DNA of 64,000 bases from a virus. The notes below the pieces were generated by a model that was not told the DNA's origin, made no database searches, and saw only the letters and a list, made by a program, of their open reading frames with translations. The stretch is taken from the IMG/VR virus record IMGVR_UViG_3300017963_000253, positions 11,134 through 75,133 of that record, one strand, 5' to 3'. Shown here in pieces: positions 1-10,337 of the stretch. Each line of letters starts with the position of its first letter. The first letter of the stretch is position 1. Position numbers and translations under genes: made by a program.

Positions 1-912
1 AAACTGGAACCCGGAGCGGACGCGGAGCGGCGCGTCCTGGACCCGATCCTAGGGGAGATCCCCCCGGACCTTTTGAAGCTGGACGCGGAGGAGGACGCGG
101 AGGACGCGGAGAAGCTCCCCACTCTAGCGGAGGTGGGGAGGGTTCTTCCGATCGGGTTCGAGGACCAGAACGGGGAGCGCCACCGGGACTTTGAATTGGT
201 GGAGTGGAACTGGGACCTGGAGGAGGCCCTCGGGGAACTGGCGGAGAACGAGTCAGAGATGCTCCTGAACCAGTACGTCTCGGAGCTGATCGGTCACGGG
301 GTGAAGCGGATCGGGAGCGTGGACTTCTCCAAACTGAAGCGGAGTCAGCGCCGGACCCTGGTCCGGAACCTCTACTTCGCGGACGCCCTCTACCTCTACG
401 TCTGGATCCGCATCGCCGCCCTGGGACACGGGCTCAAGTTCGAGCCCTTCAAGCACTGCCGGGGCAAGTACATCGAGCGCTACGTCGGGGACCTCCGGAC
501 CCTGGAGGTCCGGACGTTCGACGAGGGGGTTCCGACCCGGGAGGTGAAGCTGGAGCACGGGGTTCAGTACGCCGGGAAGCGGTTGACGGACTTCACGGTG
601 GGGCCGATCCGCTGGGCGTTCATGGAGACGGACGACCCGGGACAGTTGACGAACCAGGCCAAGTACAAGAAGGCGGTCCTCCGTCAGGGAGTCGTGGGTT
701 TGAAGGGCGCGCCGGAGGGTCCGGTCTACCTGACGCGGGAGCACCTCCGGAGTATGAAGCCGCGGGAGATCGACCGCCTCGTGGACGAGATCGACCAGTC
801 CAACGGGGGTCTCGTGATGGAGGTCCGGGACAGATGCCCGCACTGCAAGAAGGAGTTTCGCCACCCGATCAACTGGAGACACGACGCTTTTTTCGCGCCG
901 TCCTCCCACTGA
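1..912 (+). CDS. tail assembly chaperone (5'-truncated by window edge)
   Basis: Frame is open from base 1; lies just upstream of the tape measure gene; C-terminal CPHC; slippery heptamer near the 3' end. Confidence 0.7.
   Translation, partial: KLEPGADAERRVLDPILGEIPPDLLKLDAEEDAEDAEKLPTLAEVGRVLPIGFEDQNGERHRDFELVEWNWDLEEALGELAENESEMLLNQYVSELIGHGVKRIGSVDFSKLKRSQRRTLVRNLYFADALYLYVWIRIAALGHGLKFEPFKHCRGKYIERYVGDLRTLEVRTFDEGVPTREVKLEHGVQYAGKRLTDFTVGPIRWAFMETDDPGQLTNQAKYKKAVLRQGVVGLKGAPEGPVYLTREHLRSMKPREIDRLVDEIDQSNGGLVMEVRDRCPHCKKEFRHPINWRHDAFFAPSSH
888..894 (+). other. programmed -1 ribosomal frameshift site T TTT TTC
   Basis: X XXY YYZ heptamer in correct phase (GCT TTT TTC); the -1 frame stays open to 1085. 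Confidence 0.75.
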
Positions 913-1085
913 CCAGTAGGAACCAGCTCTGGGAGGAGGAGTTTGCGATAGTTCTCGGTTCGGAGGGGGCCTACTCCCCGGCGGACGTTCGGGAGATGAC
1001 CCCGGAGAAGCGTATTTGGGTGCTACGGAGGATCGGGGACCTGGGGAAGAAGCGGAGGGAGGCGGCTAAGAAGAAGGGGTTCTAG
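894..1085 (+). CDS. frameshift extension of tail assembly chaperone (gpGT-like)
   Basis: -1 frame reads RAVLPLTSRNQLWEEEF...KKKGF* and fills the gap to the tape measure gene. Confidence 0.65.
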   Translation, partial: RAVLPLTSRNQLWEEEFAIVLGSEGAYSPADVREMTPEKRIWVLRRIGDLGKKRREAAKKKGF

Positions 1086-1105
1086 AACCCCGGGAGGAGC
1101 GGTAG

Positions 1106-3658
1106 ATGAAGAAGTTCGGGATCGCGGCGTACCTCTCCTTCGTGGACAAGGGAGCCACCGCGGCTATGGGCCGGGTAGGCCGTGCCGCGACCGTCCTCCA
1201 GAGTCGCTTTCGCGGGATAGGAACGGGGGTCTCCCAGGTCGGGACCGGGATGACCGGGTTGGCGATGACCCTGGCTCCCGCCGCCGCTGGACTCGGCCTA
1301 ATGGCCAAGAAGGGGGCGGACTTCCAGCAGAGCGTGGCAAACCTCCGCGCCGTGACCCTGGACGTCACAAACAGCACCACCCCGGCGCTTCGGAGCCTGG
1401 CTAAGACGCTCGGGGCGACCACGGTCTTCTCCGCGACTCAGTCCGCGAACGCGATGACGGAGTTAGCGCGCGCCGGTCTGGACACCCAGCAGATCATGGG
1501 GGCGGTTCGGGGCACCCTGGACGCGGCAGCGGCGGAGGGGATCGACCTCGCGTCCGCGGCTCGGATGGTCTCCTCGAACATGAAGGCGTTCAACATGGAC
1601 GCTTCGGAGGCCTCCAAGATCGCCGGGATGCTCGCGCTCGCCTCCGCCCGTACCAACACGAACATGACCCTGCTTCAGGAGTCCCTGAAGCTCGCCGCCC
1701 CCGCCGTGAAGGACTTGAAGATCCCGATGGCGGACACCGTGGCGCTCGTGGGGGCGATGGCGGACATCGGTCTGCGCGGGACGCTGGGAGCTACGGGGCT
1801 CCGGGCCGCGGTGGGTAAGCTCCTGAACCCCACGAAGGACGCCCGGAAGGCGATGTCCGCGATGGGGGTCTCCTTCGCGAAGGTCCAGGAGATGCTGGAC
1901 CGGAAGGACTTGGCGGGGGTCTTCAAGATGGTGATGACCCAGCTCCGGGGGATCCCCAGCAACTCGAAGCGGGCGGCGCTGGCGGTGCGCCTCTTCGGGA
2001 TCCGCGGTCGCTCGATGGTGGCGGCGATGGACCTCTCCGACACCGCGATGAAGCGGTTCAACGTCACGCTGGAGAAGCTCCGTAAGGAGACCGGGCAGAC
2101 CGCGACGGACATGAAGAACATCCAGCTGAACACCCTCCGCGGTCAGGTGACGCTCCTCTCCTCCGCATTCGAGGGTCTCTCCATCGAGATCTTCGACGCC
2201 TTCTCCACGGAGATACGGAGCGGGGTTGAGTCGTTGGGAAGTGGGATCCAAAACGTGGCGCTGGCGTTGCGGGTTATGAGCGGGGAGAAGATAATCGACC
2301 CGGACGCGGCGAAGCGGGTCAAGGAGATGAGTCCGGTCTTCTTCGAGATTGCTAGGGGGATCAGGGAGGGACTTGGGGAGGTTAAGTCCGCGATCCGGAG
2401 CGTGGGGGAGTCCGTCGGGTGGTTGGGGGAGAAGTTCGGTCTAACCGGGGATGGGAGCGCGCAGAGCACGGCGCGGATAATCACCAAGGTGACCCTACTC
2501 GCGGCGGCGTTCGCTCCGGTGGCGCTGGCTATCGGTGGGGTGACCCGTCTCTTCGTCTCCCTAGGACAGGTGGCGGCGGGGACCGCGAAGATCGTGGGGA
2601 ACACCTTGGCGCTCGCCGCGAAGGGGGCCGGGGGACTCCTTGGGGTTGTGGGGAAGCGGGTCCCGAAGCTGGGGGCGTTCCTCGGGAAGTTCGGCGGACT
2701 CCTCGGGAAGGCGGGGCGTTTGACAGAGCAGGTCACGGCGCAGCCGGTCCGCGTGGTGAACTTTGGGGAGATGGGAATGGGGACCGCGGCGGCGAAGGTC
2801 CTCCCGGGGACCTCCTCCGGGGCGCGGGAGCTGGAGTTGGCAGGGAGTAAGGTGAAGGGGGTCCTCTCCAGGTTCGGGACCGCGGTCAACGGGGTGACCT
2901 CCAAGCTGGGTCAGTTCGGACTCCTGGGGGCCGCGGCCGGGTTGGGGGTGGCGATCGGGACTCTGATAGACCGGATGACCGGGGCGTCCGATAAGATCTC
3001 GGACGCGGCGATGGAAGTCCGGAACTCCATCTCCAAGCCCGCTCAGGACGCCGCGAACTCGATGACTCGGACCCTGATAGCGGCGGAGTCCATCGAGAAG
3101 GCGGTGGCGTTGAGCAGGAGAGGGATCAAGACGGTGGGCGTAGCGGGGACCGACAAGCGGGTGGGGTTAGACCGGGCGGCGGTCCAGGCGCGTATCGTGG
3201 AGGGCTTTCGCCGGAACAACTTGACTCAGAAGCAGATAGCGCTGCAGCTCACGCGCCTCCAGCCATTCCTAGCGCGTCTACCCGCCGCTCCCACCGGGGT
3301 GAAGGTGAGCAAGCCGAAGGTGGCGCGGGACGCCATGATCGAGCGCGGGGGGCTGATCCCGGTCTCCGCCGGGGACGTGGTCCTGGACCGCGCCAGCCTG
3401 GCCAGGGCGGTCGTTTCCCAGATGAGGGGTGGCCTAGTACCCCGCGCCGTTTCGGAGGCCACCGCGGGCGGATCCGGGGCTCCTAGGGGGTCCGGGGGTG
3501 GGGAGACGGTGGTAGCGGTGCCGGTCTCCATAGACGGGCGGGAAGTGGCGCGCGCCGTCGCCCGGGTGAAGCTGGACGAGCTGGAGCGGAGCGGGGCGCA
3601 GATGAGGCCCGGGGATCGAACCAACCTGCTGGAGCGCGGCTTCGAGGGGGTGAAATGA
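1106..3658 (+). CDS. tape measure protein (TP901 family)
   Basis: 850 aa, Ala/Gly-rich; core LGATTVFSATQSANAMTELARAG...LDAAAA. Confidence 0.93.
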   Translation: MKKFGIAAYLSFVDKGATAAMGRVGRAATVLQSRFRGIGTGVSQVGTGMTGLAMTLAPAAAGLGLMAKKGADFQQSVANLRAVTLDVTNSTTPALRSLAKTLGATTVFSATQSANAMTELARAGLDTQQIMGAVRGTLDAAAAEGIDLASAARMVSSNMKAFNMDASEASKIAGMLALASARTNTNMTLLQESLKLAAPAVKDLKIPMADTVALVGAMADIGLRGTLGATGLRAAVGKLLNPTKDARKAMSAMGVSFAKVQEMLDRKDLAGVFKMVMTQLRGIPSNSKRAALAVRLFGIRGRSMVAAMDLSDTAMKRFNVTLEKLRKETGQTATDMKNIQLNTLRGQVTLLSSAFEGLSIEIFDAFSTEIRSGVESLGSGIQNVALALRVMSGEKIIDPDAAKRVKEMSPVFFEIARGIREGLGEVKSAIRSVGESVGWLGEKFGLTGDGSAQSTARIITKVTLLAAAFAPVALAIGGVTRLFVSLGQVAAGTAKIVGNTLALAAKGAGGLLGVVGKRVPKLGAFLGKFGGLLGKAGRLTEQVTAQPVRVVNFGEMGMGTAAAKVLPGTSSGARELELAGSKVKGVLSRFGTAVNGVTSKLGQFGLLGAAAGLGVAIGTLIDRMTGASDKISDAAMEVRNSISKPAQDAANSMTRTLIAAESIEKAVALSRRGIKTVGVAGTDKRVGLDRAAVQARIVEGFRRNNLTQKQIALQLTRLQPFLARLPAAPTGVKVSKPKVARDAMIERGGLIPVSAGDVVLDRASLARAVVSQMRGGLVPRAVSEATAGGSGAPRGSGGGETVVAVPVSIDGREVARAVARVKLDELERSGAQMRPGDRTNLLERGFEGVK

Positions 3659-4461
3659 CCGCTGGAATCGGGGGGCACGGGAAGAACCAGAAGCTCTGGA
3701 GCCTCTGGGACCAGGACCGGGACGAGGTGATCTACGGTCAGTTCACGGCGGAGGGGGTCCAACGGTTTCTGGGGGCCAACATCGCGCAGTCCTCCACGAT
3801 GAACTCCCAGTACCCGATCCTCCAGTGGGTCTCCGGGGACCTTGAGGAGATCTCCTTCGACGCCAGACTCTGGGCGAACGACGCGGGGGACTTCACGGTA
3901 GAGCAGCGTTTGGACCGCCTGGAGGATCTGATCCGCCGGAACTCGGACCTGGAGCGCCCGCCGGTCTGCACCTTTGGCTGGGGGGACGTTGCCTCCCTGG
4001 TCGTGGACTGCCTGGTTCGCTCAATGAGCGAGGGGTTCGACGAGGTGCGGGACGATGGGACCCTCCGCGGCGTCTCCATTCGGATCTCCCTCGCGCGGTA
4101 CGAGGCGGTGGAGTTCTCCCCCACGGACTCCTCTCTCCCGGAGCGGATGACCCGGATCCGGCGCGCCCGGAAGGGGGACACCTACGAGCGGATCGCCCTC
4201 CTGGAGTACGGAGATCCGGAGCTGGGGGTCCTCCTCCGGCAGCTGAACCCCCGCCTCCCCGGGATGCCCCTCGCGGACCTGAACCCGAAGGACCCGGTCC
4301 ACGTCTACCCGGAGGACTTCCTCCTGAGCAAGCCGATAGAGCCGGAGTTCCACGCGTTCAAGAGCGGGCCGGGGTACGAGGCGGCGGAGGAGCGGCGGCG
4401 GGAGATCTTCGACGCGCGGGGCGGGGACACCTACTCCACGATCTACCCGAGGAGCGGCTAG
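3655..4461 (+). CDS. tail tube initiator / P2 gpU-like with LysM (gpX-like) domain
   Basis: PILQWVSGDLEEISF, PPVCTFGWG, KGDTYERIALLEYGDP; follows tape measure gene. Confidence 0.75.
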   Translation: MTAGIGGHGKNQKLWSLWDQDRDEVIYGQFTAEGVQRFLGANIAQSSTMNSQYPILQWVSGDLEEISFDARLWANDAGDFTVEQRLDRLEDLIRRNSDLERPPVCTFGWGDVASLVVDCLVRSMSEGFDEVRDDGTLRGVSIRISLARYEAVEFSPTDSSLPERMTRIRRARKGDTYERIALLEYGDPELGVLLRQLNPRLPGMPLADLNPKDPVHVYPEDFLLSKPIEPEFHAFKSGPGYEAAEERRREIFDARGGDTYSTIYPRSG

Positions 4462-4462
4462 G

Positions 4463-4684
4463 ATGACCTCCCTGGAGTTCGACAGGAAGGACTGGGAGGC
4501 GCTCCACGAGTTCATCTCGGCGGCGAACGAGGCCCGTTTGGTTATAAAGCGGGCGTGTGACAAGGGGAAGCAGCAGATCTCGACGAATCAGGAGGCGATC
4601 CAGAACCTCCTGAACCAGGACATCCCTCCCGCGGTCTGGCTCAAGCTCGGGGGGATCCTCTCAGACCGCTTGAAGGGGGACTAG
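4463..4684 (+). CDS. hypothetical protein
   Basis: Tightly packed ORF between tail genes. Confidence 0.6.
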   Translation: MTSLEFDRKDWEALHEFISAANEARLVIKRACDKGKQQISTNQEAIQNLLNQDIPPAVWLKLGGILSDRLKGD

Positions 4685-4685
4685 G

Positions 4686-5885
4686 ATGCGGAAGGTAAAC
4701 GTCGATCACCTCGCTCCGCGCTACTTGATTCGAGTAGAGGGTACGAAGCTGAAGGCGGACGTTACCCAGTTCATCCGGGGGGTGGAGTACCACGAGGACG
4801 AGGACTCCGCCTCCCGAATCTCCCTGACCGTAGCAAACCCTCGGTTTCGATTCCTAGAGTCCAAGATCTTCGCGGAGGGGAACCGGGTGGACCTCTGGAT
4901 GGGTTACGTGGGGAGACCGCTCCGTTTCCAGAACCGCGGGATCATCGTCCGCCCCAACCCTCTCTTCCCCCGCGGGGGAATGCCCGTCTTGAACGTGGTC
5001 GCCCACGACGTCTCCCGGAAGTTGATGGAACCCGGGGAGGGGGATAAGGGGAAGCTGTACCGGAAGAAGCGGGACTCGGATATTGCCTCTGAAATCTTCC
5101 GGGAGATCGAGGCGGCTCCCTTCGTTTACGAGACCCGGGCGATTCAAACCCGGGTTCGGAAGCGGGGAGTCTCGAAGTGGGAGTTCCTCCGCCGGTTGGC
5201 AAGGCTCCACAACTTCGTGGTCTTCACGCGCTACGACCCGACGCGGAACGTCACCTACGGGTTCTTCGGACCCCCGGATCAGGAGGACCAGCCGCGGAAG
5301 TACTCCTTCGTCTACGGGTCCGGGGAGCCGGACGCGACCTGCCTGGAGTTCTACCCGGACCTCTCTCTGGCGTCCCAGGAGACGGAGTTGACGCTGGTCT
5401 ACACGGACCCGAAGAAGCGGAAGACCTACTCCCTCCAGTTGAAGGTCCGGGGGAAGACCGCGGAGGTGACCAAGTTCTCCGGGGTCTCCGGGACTCGGGA
5501 ACTGAAGAAGGAGATCCGGAACGGGACGGAGGTCCAGTTGACCGTCTTCGGGCAGCGGGCGGAGGTCGTCCCGGGGAAGCGGTTCTCCTCCGTCCGGGAG
5601 GCCAAGCGTTGGGCCGCGGCGTGGTGGGCGCGCCGGGAGTCCGAGTTCGCCTTCGCCACCGGCACCGTTCTAGGGGAGGCGGACCTCCGCCGCGGACAGG
5701 TCCACGCGTTCAGAGGACTGGGGAATCGCCTCTCAGGGGACTGGCAGTTGACTAGCGTCACCCAGCGTCAAGACGGGCGAAGCCTCTTCGAGTCCTCCTT
5801 CTCCGCGCGGAAGGTGGTACTGGCCAGCGTGGTGGGGGCACCGGACTCCGTGAGCAACGTCCGGAGGGAGGAGGCGGCGCAGTGA
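4686..5885 (+). CDS. baseplate hub (P2 gpD / late control D-like)
   Basis: EGNRVDLWMGY, SKWEFLRRLA, GLGNRLSGDWQLTSVT. Confidence 0.85.
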   Translation: MRKVNVDHLAPRYLIRVEGTKLKADVTQFIRGVEYHEDEDSASRISLTVANPRFRFLESKIFAEGNRVDLWMGYVGRPLRFQNRGIIVRPNPLFPRGGMPVLNVVAHDVSRKLMEPGEGDKGKLYRKKRDSDIASEIFREIEAAPFVYETRAIQTRVRKRGVSKWEFLRRLARLHNFVVFTRYDPTRNVTYGFFGPPDQEDQPRKYSFVYGSGEPDATCLEFYPDLSLASQETELTLVYTDPKKRKTYSLQLKVRGKTAEVTKFSGVSGTRELKKEIRNGTEVQLTVFGQRAEVVPGKRFSSVREAKRWAAAWWARRESEFAFATGTVLGEADLRRGQVHAFRGLGNRLSGDWQLTSVTQRQDGRSLFESSFSARKVVLASVVGAPDSVSNVRREEAAQ

Positions 5886-6589
5886 AGCGGGAACTCCAGT
5901 TGGGTACGGTCTTGGACTCCGCGGATCCCTCCGCTCAGGGTGGGGCGCAGCTGCAGATAAACGAGATCCTGGACGGTGCGGCGCTGGACCTCCCGGACTT
6001 CGTCCCCGGACGCTACCCCTTCGCGGGGAACGGGGAGGGCTTCTACTACGCGCCCCAGAGAGGGGCGCTCCTGGAGGTGGAGGTCGAGGAGGACCCGGAG
6101 GACGCGGTGGAGGAGTTGTCCCCCCGCTGGGTCGGGATGCTCTACTCTGACGAGGACCAGATCCCGGCGGAGTTTCGGAGCGACCCGGTGAATCGCGGGG
6201 GAATCAAGTTTGGGGAGGAGGTCTTCCTCCAGGACAAGGTGAAGGCGTTGACGGCGCTCATCTCCGCGGCGCTCCGCCTAGGGGAGGAAGGTGCGACGGA
6301 GGCGGTGATGAGGGGGGACGCCTGGAACTCCGCTTGGGACACCTGGGTCTCCGCCCTGGATCAGTACCTTAGCGCGGAGGTCACGTGCGCCAACATAACG
6401 GCTACGAACTTCCAGGCCCTGGCGACGGCGTCCGCGGTCCCACCCCTAACGCCCCTCCAACCTCTCTTCCAGGCGTTGGCCACCGCTTGGACGAACTTCG
6501 GGGCGGCTATCCCGGGGTTCCAGACCGCGACCTCGACCCGGAAGGGACAGAAGCAGACGTGGCTCTCAACCAAGGTGAAGACGGAGTAG
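5882..6589 (+). CDS. baseplate spike (gpV/gp5 OB-fold-like)
   Basis: GTVLDSADP...GFYYAPQRGALLEVE; C-terminal LSTKVKTE; synteny. Confidence 0.7.
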   Translation: MKRELQLGTVLDSADPSAQGGAQLQINEILDGAALDLPDFVPGRYPFAGNGEGFYYAPQRGALLEVEVEEDPEDAVEELSPRWVGMLYSDEDQIPAEFRSDPVNRGGIKFGEEVFLQDKVKALTALISAALRLGEEGATEAVMRGDAWNSAWDTWVSALDQYLSAEVTCANITATNFQALATASAVPPLTPLQPLFQALATAWTNFGAAIPGFQTATSTRKGQKQTWLSTKVKTE

Positions 6590-6592
6590 AGT

Positions 6593-7024
6593 ATGGCTAG
6601 AGGGATGGCAATTCCGGTGAGAACGAATCGGCGGGGCGGAGCCTTCCTGATAGAGGCGTCCCGCTACCTCCGGCAGGTGGTCTTCTACGGATTGACCCCA
6701 AACTTGAATATGAACCCGTTCCAGGCCGGGGGTGGCGTGGAGATTGGGATCTCCGAGCGGGTGATCTTCTCCAACCTGACCCCAGTGGCGCGGAGTCTGG
6801 CGCGCCGGGGGATAGGTCGGTTCTTCGCCAGGTTGAGGGCGGAGGACATCGCCCGCCTCGTACCCGGTGCGGAGGGTCTCTCCTTCGAGGACGCGGACGG
6901 GGAGCTGATCGCAAACGTCCGGTACCTGGATCTCGAGGCGGACGAGGAGAACGTGGTGAGGACCAACATGATCGGGGCGTTGGGGGGAACCGCTCCGAAC
7001 AACACCAACCTCTCGGAGGGTTAG
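6593..7024 (+). CDS. baseplate wedge / sheath initiator (gp25-like)
   Basis: Size and position between spike and baseplate J. Confidence 0.6.
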   Translation: MARGMAIPVRTNRRGGAFLIEASRYLRQVVFYGLTPNLNMNPFQAGGGVEIGISERVIFSNLTPVARSLARRGIGRFFARLRAEDIARLVPGAEGLSFEDADGELIANVRYLDLEADEENVVRTNMIGALGGTAPNNTNLSEG

Positions 7025-7028
7025 CGGC

Positions 7029-9485
7029 ATGAGCACGAGCACAATCGTCGTACCGGACTTCCAGTTCTCCGGTTTCTACTACGGGGAGATCGTCCGGAGG
7101 ATCCGGATCTTCAACCGGATCAACGCGCCGGAGATCACCGCGGAGGTCCCGGAGGAACCGTTTATCCAGCTGGAGCGGACCTTCGGCTTGGTGGGGCACT
7201 ACTGCAACGTCCTCCTGGACCTCGCGGCAAACGAGGTCCTCCTACCGACCGCAAAGCTTCAGGACTCCGTTCGTCTCCTTCTGGCGCTGATAGACTACCA
7301 AATCAAGGACTACGCTCCCGCCTCCGTGGAGCTTCTCCTGAAGTTGGCCCAGGTCCCGACTTCTTTAGTTCCTGTTCTAGAGGAGGACTCTCTCTTCGAG
7401 ACGGAGCGGAACGATGACGGGGAGACCGTCCCCTTCGAGGTCGCGGACGCCGTCTCCGTGGGTCCCTCCAACGTCCTGGACGGGGTCTTCGGACTCCAGC
7501 TGGACCGGCAGGGTGCGGATGGCGCTACGGTAGTGGGAGACCCGACGGTCCTCCAGTCTGGAGCAATGGCGGTAACCGCCGCGGACCTGAACGCGGAACT
7601 GGAGTTGACGGGGAGCGTCCTGGGTAACAACGGGACGTTCAAGATTTCGGAGGTGATAACCACCGGGGCGACCTCTCGGATCCGTCTCTCCGCCACGTTG
7701 GGCGGGGAGGAGCCGCTCTTCCTCTTCGAGACCGGGTTGACCTGGAAGATCCGGAAGTTCACCGCAAACGGGGCTAGCGACGTGAACACCGGCGGGGTTC
7801 CGTACTTCACTCCCTGGACCGGGCGCGTAGCGGGGGACAAGCTCTATGTCGGCTCCAGCTGGGTGTTGTGGACCAAGTTGGAGTTGGCGTTCCGGACCCT
7901 CGGGGCTAACATGACCGGGGTCTGGGAGTACTACGACCCGGACCTCTCGGACGAGACCCCGGACTCCGTCTCAAATCAGGGCACGTACTTGAAGGTCCAG
8001 GTGGACGGACTCCTGGACCCGGACGGTGCTAGCCTGGACCGGAGCGGGGCGTTGGTTAAAGTGACCTACCTCCCAACCGGAGTGAGTGAGACCCTGGTCT
8101 CCTACTGGGATGGACCCGGGAACTACGTGGACACCTCCGCGTTCCTGGGTCAGAGCGGAACCCCGAGCACGGCTCTGGAGGACTACGCGGTGGGGACGGA
8201 CTGGAATCCCCTGGAGGGTGCGACGGACGGGAGCGCGGACCTCTCCGCGGACGGGGACCTGGAGTACACTCTCCCGCAGACGCTGCTCTCGAACTGGAGC
8301 AAGGTGGAGGTGGAGGGAGTGGAAGGCTTTTACCTCCGCTTCCGGGTGATCTCCACCTCCGGAGCTGGGGATCCTGAGATAGACACTCTCTCCATCGCGG
8401 GCGGGGACCAGTACCTCCTGGAGGACGGGGTCCAGGGGGAGACGGTCTCCAGCGAACCGCTCTACTCCTCCACCGGGACAGCGAAGCAGGAGGTGGAACT
8501 TTCCACGACTCCGGGCCTCCGCGATTCCGTTCGGGTCTTCGTGGACGAGGGAGGCGGGGAGATCGAGTGGACGAACCTGACCGCGATCGGGGAGACCCTC
8601 CTGACCTCCGGGAGCAAGGACCGGCACTTCGCGGTGAAGCAGGACTCCACCGGGACCCTAACAGTGAGATTCGGGGACGGGACCCGGGGGAAGATCCCCC
8701 CGATCGGGGTGGAAAACGTCCGGTTCGAGTATCGGGTCAACGCGGTGACGGACGGGAACGTTGGGGCGGGGACAGTGGTGGTGAACTCCGGGGGAGCCGC
8801 GCTGGTCTCGGAGGTGACGAACCCTCGCCCCGCCTTTGGTTGGCGGGAGGCGGAGGGTGCCTCCCCGGAGTCCCTGGAGTTGGTCAAGGAAGCGGGTCCG
8901 GCTTCCCTCCGGACCGGGAACCGAGCGGTGAACCCGAGCGACTACGAGGACCTAGCGCTGGCCTTCACCGCCTCGAACGGAACCCGCCCGGTCGTTCGAG
9001 CTAAGGCAATCGAGGAGGGCTTCGGTCCGAAGACGATCAAGCTGGTGGTGGTGGGGACCAACGGAGTGGCGATCTCCGCCACCGTGAAGGCGGAGCTGGA
9101 GACCTACTTTAACGGGAACGAGGCGGAGGGGATCGAGGGAGTGGGGCAGAGCAACACGGAGGTGACGGTGGTCAACTTCACCCCGCGGTTGATCGTTCTC
9201 TCCATGACCGTAGAGGCCACCTCCGCCCTAACGGAGACCCTGGTCAAGACGAGGATGGCTACGCTCCTGAACCCCACCGCCGCGGAGGGGGGAACCTACG
9301 TCTGGAAGTTTGGGGGGAGAGCCCCGAACTCCAGGATAGCCTCGGAGGTCTTCAAGATCTCCCCGGGGAACGTCTTCGACGTGGACATCTCCCTCCCGTC
9401 CGCGGACGTCGAGTTGCTGGAGGACGAACTCCCGCTGCTGGACACCGCGGCTCTCAACGTAGCTATCTACCCCCCGAGCAACTAA
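7029..9485 (+). CDS. baseplate wedge J-like protein with large insertion
   Basis: LPTAKLQDSV, VRFGDGTRGKIPP, GNVGAG, RAVNPSDYEDLA. Confidence 0.9.
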   Translation: MSTSTIVVPDFQFSGFYYGEIVRRIRIFNRINAPEITAEVPEEPFIQLERTFGLVGHYCNVLLDLAANEVLLPTAKLQDSVRLLLALIDYQIKDYAPASVELLLKLAQVPTSLVPVLEEDSLFETERNDDGETVPFEVADAVSVGPSNVLDGVFGLQLDRQGADGATVVGDPTVLQSGAMAVTAADLNAELELTGSVLGNNGTFKISEVITTGATSRIRLSATLGGEEPLFLFETGLTWKIRKFTANGASDVNTGGVPYFTPWTGRVAGDKLYVGSSWVLWTKLELAFRTLGANMTGVWEYYDPDLSDETPDSVSNQGTYLKVQVDGLLDPDGASLDRSGALVKVTYLPTGVSETLVSYWDGPGNYVDTSAFLGQSGTPSTALEDYAVGTDWNPLEGATDGSADLSADGDLEYTLPQTLLSNWSKVEVEGVEGFYLRFRVISTSGAGDPEIDTLSIAGGDQYLLEDGVQGETVSSEPLYSSTGTAKQEVELSTTPGLRDSVRVFVDEGGGEIEWTNLTAIGETLLTSGSKDRHFAVKQDSTGTLTVRFGDGTRGKIPPIGVENVRFEYRVNAVTDGNVGAGTVVVNSGGAALVSEVTNPRPAFGWREAEGASPESLELVKEAGPASLRTGNRAVNPSDYEDLALAFTASNGTRPVVRAKAIEEGFGPKTIKLVVVGTNGVAISATVKAELETYFNGNEAEGIEGVGQSNTEVTVVNFTPRLIVLSMTVEATSALTETLVKTRMATLLNPTAAEGGTYVWKFGGRAPNSRIASEVFKISPGNVFDVDISLPSADVELLEDELPLLDTAALNVAIYPPSN

Positions 9486-9497
9486 GAGGTCCCTTCT

Positions 9498-10328
9498 ATG
9501 CGCTTTGAACTCCTCCCCCTAGACCCCCCGGACGGTTCTCTCCTGGTTCGAAAGGACGCTTGGATCGCTCTTAGAGTTCTGGGGGATGACCCGAACCTTC
9601 GCATCGAGATCTCCCGCGGGGGGAAGTGGGAGAAGGTCTGGGCTCACGGGGCTCCGCAACCCGGTTACCCCACGTTTCGCCGGGAGGTCTCCCCGGGGGA
9701 GGTGGAGTTTCGGGTGAAACCGGCCCGGGAGTTCTCCGTCGGTAACCTGATCTCCGTTCGAGTTATCTCTAGAGAGGAGCGAGCGGGGTATGAGTTCGAG
9801 ATCGGGGACCCCGCCAGCGTCCTGAACGTGGTTCAGACCGGAGCGGAGGAGGTCTCCCTGATCTTCTCCACGCCCCTGAAGTTGGAGGGTGCCGCCGCGA
9901 AGGCCCTCTGGGACCGGGACTCCTACCTCGTAGAGGGCAGCGTTTGTCTCTATCCCACGGAGGTCTCCGTGGTGAGTCCGACCCTGGTTAGACTCCGGAT
10001 CTCCGAGATCCCGAACGGGGAAGTGTTCCGCCTCTCCGTTCGCGGGGAACTGGAGACCTGGGAGGGACTCCCGCTGAAGGGAGCCTCTCGATATTGGACC
10101 TCCAGGATGGAGTCCCCGCGGGTGGCTCGAGTGGAGATGCAGGATCCCTGGACTTTGGACGTCTTCTTCACCCGGGCAGTGGGAGCGCGGGCAACGGACC
10201 CGGAGATCTACAACTTCACAAACGGACTACAAGCGGAACGTGTTCAGAAGCTGGACTCCAACTCCGTTCGCATGAAGTTGAAGACCGCCACGTTGCCGGG
10301 CGTTCAGTACGTCCTCAGCGTCTCGTAG
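9498..10328 (+). CDS. beta-rich (Ig-like repeat) putative virion protein
   Basis: Two similar units (VSLIFSTP / LDVFFTRA); lies between baseplate J and I. Confidence 0.55.
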   Translation: MRFELLPLDPPDGSLLVRKDAWIALRVLGDDPNLRIEISRGGKWEKVWAHGAPQPGYPTFRREVSPGEVEFRVKPAREFSVGNLISVRVISREERAGYEFEIGDPASVLNVVQTGAEEVSLIFSTPLKLEGAAAKALWDRDSYLVEGSVCLYPTEVSVVSPTLVRLRISEIPNGEVFRLSVRGELETWEGLPLKGASRYWTSRMESPRVARVEMQDPWTLDVFFTRAVGARATDPEIYNFTNGLQAERVQKLDSNSVRMKLKTATLPGVQYVLSVS

Positions 10329-10337
10329 GAGGTAGAG

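Noticed and set aside
204-887. 5' part of the 293-aa ORF 204-1085
   Set aside because: Pro/Gly/Arg-rich shadow frame; only the part after the slippery site looks coding.
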